Notes under the pieces: generated by a model
Databases searched by the model: none
What the model was told of the DNA's origin: nothing
Seen by the model: only the letters and a program-made list of their open reading frames with translations
NCBI RefSeq assembly: GCF_009914755.1
Contig: NC_060929.1
DNA: 64,000 nt
Direction: 5' to 3' (one strand)
Source of the DNA: the human T2T-CHM13v2.0 reference genome, Homo sapiens
Shown here: piece after piece, positions 14,556 through 25,633 of the stretch
How the letters are laid out: each line of letters begins with the position of its first letter
Numbering within the stretch: the first letter of the stretch is position 1
Program-made: the position numbers and the translations under genes

Positions 14556-15049
14556 TAATCATGTGTAAATATACAGTCACCTATATATCTCTCTTCTTTG
14601 TCTTCTTCCATCTAGAGTTCTCTGTGCTAGTTCATTAGCTATTGGTTAGACAAGTGGTTCTTCCTGGGGGCTGTATCACTTCGTAGGAAGTAACTAAATA
14701 TGAGCAGTGTTACAATGACTAGAGACACGACTGAATTTTGATGCTTGGTGGATAGGAATGCTAGATGTCCATTTCGGCGGCTTTGAGAAAAAAAGCTTAA
14801 CCTCTCATTTCCCATCAAAGTAATGTCAAACATCTGTTCTACACTGCGGTAGACATTGATCATGTCACTCTAATTCCCAATTTGTCAATGACTTGAGGGA
14901 AGCAAAAGGAAATAATAAAAAAAACCTTGGCTAGGTCACTGAGTAGGTATGTGAACTGAATACAGAAAAAGGACCGGTGACAATTTAAATATTTGTTAAA
15001 TAAAGTGAAATTTTTAAACAGATAGATTATAAATGGAAGTGAGATACAA

Positions 15050-15245
15050 CATAATGCACTGGTTAAGAAAGCAGACCTGCTGCTATGTGACCTTGGGCAA
15101 GTTACATAACCTCTTTGTGCCTCAGTTTTCTCAAATATAAAATAGGAATATTAAGAGAACTTTCCTTGAAGTGTTGCTATTAAAAATTAATAATTTATAT
15201 TTTTAAGGTACTTAGAATAGTGCCTGGCAAATGATATGCTCTATA
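15050..15245 (+). mobile_element. MIR
   Basis: gctatgtgaccttgggcaagttacataacctctttgtgcctcagttttctca. Confidence 0.85.
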
Positions 15246-15349
15246 GGAGTTATTTTAAATAAGTAAAATATAAAAGAGGCAATAAGAAAGCTTACAAAAT
15301 TAAAACCTTACCATAGTCTGTCTTCTTCAAAAAACACTCAATATTCCCT

Positions 15350-15580
15350 TAATAACAGCTTACACCGAGCACTGTTCTAAGTGCTTCACATGCATTGACT
15401 CATTCATTCCACCCAACAGAGCTCTAAGGTTGTCAGTACTATGATCCCCATTGTACAGATGAGAAAACTGGAGCATAGTGAAGTCAAGTAACTTGCTTAA
15501 GTTCATGAAGCTAGTAAAAGGTACAGACCAACTGTGAATCCAAGTCATCCGGTTTTCAAATTACTCTCTTAACCCCTACA
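15350..15580 (-). mobile_element. MIR
   Basis: gcactgttctaagtgcttcacatgcatt...cccattgtacagatgagaaaactg. Confidence 0.85.
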
Positions 15581-16049
15581 TCTCTCATACACAATCTCTA
15601 TGAGAAGTCTTGGCTTTGATCATTAGAATCAACAGTAAGAACAGATATGAATACAAAGTAACTCTCCGCTGAGAGATGGGGTGGAAGTTCAGATGCTAAA
15701 TGACTCCTGTAAGCCATACTTTTTTTTTTTTTTAGCTTTAAGATAAATGTGTAACTGCCTTGCAAGCTTTACTAACACCCTAAGGGAAAGACAATTTTGC
15801 CACCAGAGATATTTAAAATTGGTCTTGACTGGCAGGTTCTAAATCTTGTGATCCATTACCCTTGACTACACAAAAATGATCCCTCTGAAGAGAATGAGAA
15901 TACAGATTAACCCATCTTCAAAAAAGGAAATAATATACTCCTCCCTAAACTACATCTGCATTTATTATAGAACATCACTTGGCAAAACATTAACCAGCAC
16001 TCAAGAAAAAGGCATAGTAAAAAGCAAACACAATGGAGAAGAAATAGCT

Positions 16050-16340
16050 GAAGAGTTTGAAGAAAAACCAGAAGAGAAAAATCACAGAAGCCATGAGGAG
16101 ACTATTTCAAAAAGGACGAAGTAGTTAGCGTAGTCCAATGCTAAGAAAAGATCAAGGAAGATAGGGACAGAAAAGTATCCACTGGATTTAGAAAGGAGAT
16201 AGTAACCTTGGAAAAGGCATAGTTAATGAAGTGCTGGAGAACCAAAATCCAACTGTGACGGGGAGGGAGTTTGACGTAAAGGAATAAAACTTGTTGCAGA
16301 TAGTTCTTTCAAAAACTTTGGTTTTAAAGGGAAGAAGAGC
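16050..16340 (-). mobile_element. L2 fragment
   Basis: aagatcaaggaagatagggacagaaaagtatccactggattta...tagttctttcaaaaactttggttttaaaggg. Confidence 0.6.
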
Positions 16341-16369
16341 ATGAAGATAGAATGACAAACACATAATGC

Positions 16370-16545
16370 AGCACTACTATGTGCCAGCCAGCGTTCCAAG
16401 GGCATTACCATATTAACTAAGCTAATACCTATAATAATACTATATTGTAGGTCCTTTTACGATCATCATTTGACACATGGGAAAAGTGAGGCATAAAGAC
16501 TTTAACATAAGGACGGAGCTGGTAAGTGATGGAGTTGGAACTAAT
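16370..16545 (-). mobile_element. MIR
   Basis: cactactatgtgccag...catttgacacatgggaaaagtgaggcata. Confidence 0.6.
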
Positions 16546-16686
16546 ATTTATTGCTTTATTTATTTATTTTTTTTTTACATAATTTCAGACTTACAAGAAG
16601 AGTAAAAAAAATTCTGGATACCCTGCACTTAGATTCCCCAAATGTTAACATTTTACTGCATTTGTGTTAGCTATCTCTCCAGGTAA

Positions 16687-17013
<327 letters not shown>

Positions 17014-17079
17014 ACATTTTGTTTTCTTAACCAATAAAGGTAAGTTGTAGGAATGCTCTTATACCCCAAAATACCTCCA

Positions 17080-20000
17080 AATATAAGATAATATCATCTG
17101 CAAACAAGGATAATTTGACTTCTTCCTTTCCAATGTGGATGCCTTTATAACTTTCTCTTGTCTGAACGCTTGAGGTAGGACTTCCAGTACTGTGTTGAAT
17201 AACAGTGGACATCCTTGTTATGTTTCAGAGCTTGGATGAAAGGCTAAGATTTTCCCCATTCAGTATGATACTAACTGTGGGTCTGTCACATATGGCTTTT
17301 ATTATATTGAGGTATGTTCCTTCTATCCCCAGTTTTGAGGGTTTTTATCAGGAAAGGACGCTGAATTTTATCAAATGCTATTTCAGCATCAATTGAAATC
17401 ATCATATGTTTTTTGTCCCTCATTCTGTTGATATGATGAATCACACTGATTGATTTATGAATGTTGAACCATCCTGGTAACCCTGGGATAAATCTCATTG
17501 GTCATGACGAATGATTTTTTAAATGTTGTTGAATTCAGTTTAGCAGTATTTTGTTGAGGATTTTTACATTGATATTCAACAGATGCTAGACTCTAGTTTT
17601 ATTTCCTTCCTTCCTTCCTTCCCTCCCCTCCCCCTTCCCCTCCCCCTTCCCCTCCCCCTCCTCTCCCCATCCCTCCTCTCCCCCTTCCCCTCCCCCTCCC
17701 GTCCCCATCCCTCCTCTCCCCCTTCCCCTCCCCCTCCCCTCCCCATCCCTTCCCTCCCCCTCCCCCTCCCATCCCCTCCCCCTTCCCTCCCTTCTCCTGC
17801 CCCTTCCCTCCCCTCCCCCTTCTCTTCCCTCCCCCTTCCCCTTCCCTTCCCTTTTCCTTCCCTTCCCTCTCCCTTCCTTTCCCTTCCCTCCCCTCCCCCT
17901 TCTCTTCCCTCCCCCTTCCCCTTCCCTTCCCTTTTCCTTCCCTTCCCTCTCCCTTCCTTTCCCTTCCCTCTCCTTTCCCTTCCCTCTCCTTCTCCCTCTC
18001 CCTTCCCTTCCTTTCTTTTTGATGTGTCTTTGTTTGGTTTCGGTATCAGGGTAACAATGACCTTGTAGAATGAATTTGGAAGTATTCCTTCTTCTGTTTT
18101 TTGGAATAGTTTCAGTAGACTTGGTATTAGTTCTTCTTTAAATGTTTGGTAGAATTCAGCAGTGAAGCCATCGGATCCTGGGCTTTTCTTCACTGGGAGA
18201 ACTTTTATTATGGTTTCAATCTTGTTACTTGTTTTTGGTCTGTTCAGATACTGGATTTCTTCACAGTTCAATCTTGGGAGGTTGTGTGTGTCTAGGAAGT
18301 TTTCCATTTCCTCTAGATTATCCAACTTACTGGCATATAGTTGCTTATAGTAGCCACTAATGATCCTTTGAATTTCTGCAGTATCAGTTATAATATCTCC
18401 TTTTTCATCTCTGATTTCATTTCTGCTCTGATTTTTATTTCTTCTACTAATTATGGGTTTGGTTTGTTCTTGCTTTTCTAGTTAAGATACATCATTAAGT
18501 TATTTATTATTTATTTGAAGTTTTTCTTCTTTTTTGATGTAGGCTCTTAAAGCTATAAACCTCCCCTTGAGTACTGCTTTTGTTATATCCCTTAGGTTTT
18601 AGTATGTTGTGTTTCCATCATCACATGTTTCAAGAAATTTTTCAATGTCCTTCTTAATTTCTTCATTGACCCATTGGTCATTCAGGAGCATATTGTTTAA
18701 TTTCCATATGTTTATATTGTTTGAAAATTCCTCTTGTTTTAGATTTCTAGTTTTATTCCACTCTGGTCAGAGAAGATACTTGGTATTATTTTTTTCAATG
18801 TTTTAAGACTTGTTTTGTGACCTAACATATGCTCTATCCTTAAGAATGATCCATGTGCTGATAAAAAGAATGTGTATTCTGCAGCTCTTGGATGACATTT
18901 TCTGTATATATCTATTAGATCCATTTGGTGCATAGCACAAATTAAGTCCAATGTTTCTTTGTTGGTATTCTGTCTGGAAGATCTGTCCAATGCTGAAAGT
19001 GGAGTGTTGAAATCTCCAGCTATTATTGTATTGAGGTCTACCTTTGTCTTTAGCTCTAGTAACATTTGCTTTATATATCTGGGTGCTCCAGTGTTGAGTG
19101 CATATATATTTAAAGTCATTATATCCTCTTGCTGAATTGACTCTTTATCATTAAATAATGACCTTGTCTCTTCCTACACTTTTTGTCTTTTATAAGTGTA
19201 GGAAGAGACAGACATTTTGTCTGATGTAAGTATAGCAACACCTGCTCTTTTTTGGTTTCTACCAGCATGGAATGTCTTTTTCCATCCCTTTTTTTTTTCA
19301 GTCTATGTCTATCATTATAGGTGAAGTGTGCTTCTTGTAGGCACCAGATCATTAGGTCTTGATTTTTTATACATGCAGTAACTCTGTCTTTTGATTGGAG
19401 AGTTTAGTCCATTTACATTCAATGTTATTATTGATAAGTAAGGACTCACTCCTGCCATTTTGTTATTTGTTTTCTGGTTGTTTCACATTCTTCTCTTCCT
19501 TCCATCCTTTCTTCCTGTTTTCCTTTTAATGCAGGTGGTTTTCTCTAGTGGTAGGATTTAATTTCTTGTTTTTTATATTTTGTGTATCCACTTTACGTTT
19601 TTAGATTAGAGGTTACAATGAAGCTTGCAAATACTATCTTATTAATATAATCCATTATTTTAAACTGATGACAACACTGATTGCATACACAATCAAGCAA
19701 AAAGGAAACTAATAAAAGTTCTACCCTGCTTTTTCACTTTTTGTTGTTTCTACTTATATCATATTGTACTGTCCATGTCTTGAAAAGTTGTCATAGTTAT
19801 GTTTAATCAGTTCACGTTTTAGTCTTTCTATTCAAGACATGAGTACTTCATACACCACAATTCTAGTGTTACAATATTCTGCTTTTCTGTGTACATACTA
19901 TTACCAGTGAATTTTGTGCCTTTGAATGATTTCTTCCTGCTTACTACCATCCTTTTCTTTCAGATTGAAGAGCTCCTTTTAGCATTTCTTACAAGAAAAG

Positions 20001-21397
20001 ACAGGTCTGTTGCTGACAAAATCCCTCCCTCAGCTTTTGTTTGTCTGGGAAAGTCTTTATTTCTCCTTCATATTTGAAGGATATTTTCACTGGATATACT
20101 ATTCTAGGGTAAAAGTTGTTTTCTTTTGGCACTTTATGTCATGCCACTCTCCCCTGGCCTGTAAAGTTTCCACTGAAAAGTCTGCTGCCACAGGTATCAG
20201 ACTTCAATTGCATGTTGTTTCTTTTCTCTTGCCGCTTTTAGGATCCTTTCCCATCCTTGACCTTTGGGAGTCTGATTATTAAATGTCTCGAGGTAGGCTT
20301 CTTTGGGTTAAATCTGCTTGAAGTTCTATAACCTTCTTGTACTTCAATGCTGACATCTTTCTCTAGGTTTGGGAGTTCTCTGATATTATTTCTCTGAATA
20401 AACTTTCCATCCCTGCCCCTTTCTCTACTTCCTCTGTAACACCAATATCTCTTAGATTTGCCCTTTTGAGACTATTTTCTAGATCTTATAGCTGTGCTTC
20501 ATTCTTTTATATTCTTTTTTCTTTTGTCTCCTCTGACTGTGTATTTTCAAAGAGCCTGTCTTCAAGCTCACTAATTCTTCTTCTTGATCAATTCTGCCAC
20601 TAAGAGACTCTGATGCAATCTTCAGTATATCAATTGCATTTTTCAACTCTAGAATTTCTGCTTGATTCTTTTTTACTATTTCAATATCTGTTAAATTTAT
20701 CAGATAGAATTCTAAATTCCTTCTCTGTGTTATCTTGAATTTCTTTGAGTTTTCTCAAGACAGCTATTTTGAATTCTCTGTCTGAAGGGTCACGTATCTC
20801 TCTGTTTCTCTAGTATTGGCCCCTGACGCCTTATGTAGTTTGTTTGGTGAGGCCATATTTTCCTGGATGGTCTTGATGCTTACAGATGTTCATCAGTCTC
20901 TGGGCATTGAAGTTAGGTATTTATTGTAGTCTTCACAGTCTGGGCTTGTTTGTGCTTATTGTATTTGGGAAGGCTTTCCAGGTTATTCAAAGGGACTTGG
21001 GCCTCAAGCCCAATAATGATGTGGTTCTTGCAGACTGGTAGAGGTACTGCCTTGGATAAATCTGGGAGAACTCTCTAGATTACCAGGCAGAGACTCTTGT
21101 TCTCTTGTTCTCTTCCCAATCCCTGTGCTCTCCCTCCCCCTAGTGCAGAGATTCTCCATGCCACACTGCTGCTGCCAGGGGATGAGAAAGCGGTGACACC
21201 GGCAATTCAAGACTGTCTTTCCTACCCTCTTCAGTGCCTCTTTCAGCAATATGAAGTTAAAACCAGATACTGTGAGTGCCCACCTGATTTTTGGTTATGA
21301 TGGTGCTTTTTTGTGTGTAATTAGTTGCTAAAATTTCGTGTTCTTGCAGGGGTGACAATCATTGCAGCCCTCTATTTGGCCATCTTGCTCCACTCTT
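17080..21397 (-). mobile_element. Older L1 (L1MA/L1PB age): 5' UTR, ORF1 and 5' half of ORF2, 3'-truncated
   Basis: ORF track fragments match L1 ORF2 (IIAGDFNTPLSALDRSS; [18 protein letters not shown]; LSLFADDIILYLE). 5' end reads ...caagatggcc at about 21390. Confidence 0.9.
17602..18020 (+). repeat. Polypyrimidine (CCCTT/CCCCT)n complex repeat
   Basis: 419 bp containing only 6 purines. Includes a perfect 80-bp tandem duplication. Confidence 0.95.
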
Positions 21398-21424
21398 CAA
21401 GATTTGTGTTTAAAAACTAAGATC

Positions 21425-21750
21425 TACCATATAAAGGAATGAAGTACTATATTCGAAAACATACACAAACCTTGAAAACATGCTAAGTGAAAGATGCCAG
21501 AAACAAAAGGCTACATATTGTCCAGAAAAGGCAAATCCATAAAGATAAAAAAGAGTAGATTAGTAGTGGCCAGGGTATAGAGTGAAGGGAGACTGGGCAG
21601 TCTCAGTTATGGATTTTTTTTTAAGGGGTGATGAAAATGTCCTGCAATTACATACTGGTGATTGCACAACTTATAAGTGATCAAAAACCAATGATACACT
21701 TCAAAAGAGTAAATTTTATAGTATAAAATAATATCTCAATTAAAAAAACA
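21425..21750 (+). mobile_element. L1MB-type 3' end
   Basis: aaaggaatgaagtact...ccttgaaaacatgctaagtgaaaga...ggggtgatgaaaatgt...tatctcaattaaaaaaa. Confidence 0.75.
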
Positions 21751-22128
21751 AAATCTGTGCACAAAGTGTGCTCAATGGTATTGTTTCTAACTCCTCTCAA
21801 AGGACAGCTCTGGGAAACAGATGTTTGTATATTCATTTCATGTATGACACATGAACATGCATATATACTCACCCAACATCTAGCTGTTGATATATAAAAC
21901 TCACACTGCTATCTCCAATTCCAATCTAATACCACGAGGCTCATTCTATCCTTTCCCCTATTCAGATTTGTAATTCCCTCCTATAACAGCAAGAAATCTT
22001 AGAATCTCAGAATTGGAATCCAGACACTTCAGCTCTCCTAACCATTACCCTTTAGGCTGACCATTTATTTTAACAAAATTACAACTTACTGAATAAAATT
22101 CAGCAAACATCTCTTAATTGATACTCAC

Positions 22129-22238
22129 AGTGATACTGTCCAGGAGTTTGGCCATATGTTTAATAATTTCACCATGTTGTGCAGGTTGCATTTGCAGTAA
22201 TTTCTTTATAACAACCACACTTTCAGCAACAACTATTT
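22129..22238 (-). CDS. AP3B1: AP3B1 coding exon (probable exon 14, 110 bp, phase 1/0)
   Basis: tttttcag|AAATA...ACT|gtgagt. Encodes (E)[36 protein letters not shown]. Confidence 0.96.
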
Positions 22239-22799
22239 CTGAAAAAGATAGAAATTATTCATACTAAATATGTATAATTCAATTCAAATGCAATATGCTT
22301 CGTAAAATGTAAACTTAAATTAGAAAAACATTCTATTTAATACAAGCCTTAAAAGACTATGTGAAAGCATAACCATGAGTGCGCTTCCAAATTTGAGGTG
22401 TGAACAACTGTCTTAACTAGGAGAGTTAACTTTAATTTCTAACCTCTGTTGCTGTCTCCTAGCTTCTGTAGTTCCTTTCTTATCTCTGCATCTTTAGATT
22501 AAGAAAGCAAAAGACGTTGGATTATGCTGCTCACCATAGTGTTCTATGTCTTTGGCTTTTAACCAGAGTCCTCAAATATTGCTCTTTGATTCCTATAAAT
22601 TATATAGTGGAAATCAATTATCTACAATCTAAACAACATTTTCCCTATTCTGCAGAAAACAGCAAACTAAAAAAAAAATTTTTCCTTAAGTGAAATGCCC
22701 AGAAAAGTGAGTAGTAAAGATGAGTGGTAGTAGTAAAGAAGTCACTGTAGAAATAGCATGGAGTGCAAAGCCGGAAAGAATGGGATTGTGAGAGTGAGA

Positions 22800-23287
22800 T
22801 GGATTTTCTCTATTTGTTCTATAAAGTCCACTCTACCTTTCTCTCCCCAGCACTGTGCCCTAAGAGGCCCACCTGTAGTCTGCCTCAACCAGACTCCCTT
22901 GGTCCTGGCTTATAGCTGTGTTTAGTCAATAGAAAGCTTCAGCAGGAGATGGTGGGGGGAGGGCGGGGATATTTGTTATCCTGGATCCCTACTCTGCCAG
23001 CCTCCTCTCCCTGGTATTACATGCAATCCCCTACTGAAGGTACTGCAAGTGGCTCACTCCTGCAGGGTCTGGTAACTGCTCCTGCTCCTCACACCCCTTC
23101 CCTTCAATCTGAGGCATGGTAAAGGCCTCCCACTGTTGATAGCCTGTTAGCTCCAGGGTGTTACATCATATCTTGTTGGTTTCCCTTAATCCTGACCACA
23201 GTTTACAAACAGTTCATTCACTTAATTCACTTCAATCATCCCTTTTAAGTGTGCCATCTGTTTCTTGCCAGAGCCTTAACTAATACA
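22800..23287 (+). mobile_element. LTR33-like ERVL LTR
   Basis: 3' end gtgtgccatctgtttcttgccagagccttaactaataca is typical of LTR33. 5' boundary approximate. Confidence 0.7.
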
Positions 23288-23629
23288 GTAACTACTACTG
23301 GAGGTGGATAGGAAGTAGATCCTCAAACTGGGATTACGGGATTTAGTTATCATACTAAACTGGCCAATCACTGGTCCAGTCTCTTTTTGGTGGTACTGGT
23401 AAAGAAACGTAACATAACTCACCTGAGAACCTGACCTTATGAAATGAATCTTATATAATGTGTTATTAATGCTAATGATGCCAAAGAAATAAATCAACAT
23501 TGCCTTTACTTATTATTTTGATATTTTTATTAATAGGGCTTCATGGCTATTAGGAATTCCCCTGGCATACACTACAAAGGTTTATTTTAATATTATATTA
23601 GAAATACCATAATTTGTGTCCTATTACTC

Positions 23630-23919
<290 letters not shown>

Positions 23920-24060
23920 TACTCTTTTTCACTGAAATGTATTTTTTATAAAGCTCCGTTTAAGAATATAAACAAAATTCATCATTCTAATCATTAGTAA
24001 ATATATGTATTTCAAACTGTTTACCTGCTTATCCATAAGAATAAGAAATTAACTAATATT

Positions 24061-24340
24061 GACTGGGCACAGTGGCTCAGCACTTTCGGAGGCCGAGGCA
24101 GGAGGATGGCTTGATCCCAGGAGTTTGAGACCAGCCTGGGCAACATGGAAAACCCCAGGTCTACAAAAAATCCAAAAATTAGCCAGGAGTTGTGGCACGT
24201 GCCTATAGTACCAGCTATTCAGGAGGCTGAAGCAGGAGAATCACCTGGGCCAAGGAAGGTTGAGGCTTCAGTGAGCCGTGATCACAACACTATACTCCAG
24301 CCTGGGTGACAGAGTGAGAAAAGAAAAAACAAAAAAAAAC
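24061..24340 (+). mobile_element. AluJ
   Basis: ggaggatggcttgatcccaggagtttgagaccagcctgggcaac. Small deletion near the 5' end. Confidence 0.9.
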
Positions 24341-24575
24341 CTAGTATGATTTAACTAAAAGCTAACTAATATTAATGCTTCAGTTTACAAAACAACATCA
24401 CATTTCATTTCCTTCTCACAATAATGTAAAGTAGGTACCTTATTATTATTATTTTAAAGATGAAGAAAGGGAGATGCACTGGAATTGTATAACTTTACCC
24501 AGAATTCAAACTCAGAACTAGGATGTACATTCTATCTATATACGTTCTATGTTACGATAGGCAGGTATTACTTCT

Positions 24576-24867
<292 letters not shown>

Positions 24868-25185
24868 ATAGGCAAGTATTACTTCTATAAAGACTACCTC
24901 TTGGTGCTATGAGGAAAGCAAAGGTAAATCAGAATGAGATTCTGCCCTCATCAAACTTACACTCTAGCAGAAAAATAAATGGTTATGTGATTACTATGCA
25001 AAGCAAAATTTGGTAAGTGTGGTTTTAAAGAATGCATAGTATAACAAATTTATATTTTTAAAATACATTATTGCAAAACTAGCCTAAGTAAGAGAAAAAA
25101 ATGTTGCATAATTTAATTATCTACAAGCAGACGCAGGATTGGCTACAGTTGAAATATGCGTTTGGCATCATTTATCTTTAGGAAC

Positions 25186-25633
25186 TACATTAGTTTCCTA
25201 TTGTTGCTGTCACAGATTACTAAAAACATAGTGGCTTAAAACAATGCAAATTTATCATTGTACAGTTCTAAAGTCAGAAGTCTAACATAGGTCTTATGGG
25301 ACTAACATCAAGCTCTCAACAGGGCTGCGTTCCCTCTGGAAGTTCTAGGGGAAATCTTTTCCTTCCCCCTCCCAACTTCTCAAGCATGCCCACATTCCTT
25401 GGTTCAAAGACCTCTTCCAACAATCACATCACCCTGACCTTCTGACATCTTCTGACTGACCTGCGTCTCTCTTTCCCTTATAAAGACCCACATGATAACA
25501 TTAGGTCTAACCACATAATCTCCCCATCTATAGAAACTTGACTTAATCAATCTGCGAAGTCTCTTTTTCCACGTAAGGTAACATATTCACAGGTTCTGGG
25601 CATCTTTGGAACGCAATAATTCTGCCTACCACA
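25186..25633 (-). mobile_element. MLT1 (C/D-type) MaLR solo LTR
   Basis: attagtttcctattgttgctg...agtggcttaaaacaa...ttctgcctaccaca. Confidence 0.8.

Noticed and set aside
17576-18325. 249-aa minus ORF with an RG/GE-rich tail, and the 161-aa Pro-rich plus ORF
   Set aside because: An L1 ORF2 fragment reading through a stop-free purine repeat; a compositional artefact.
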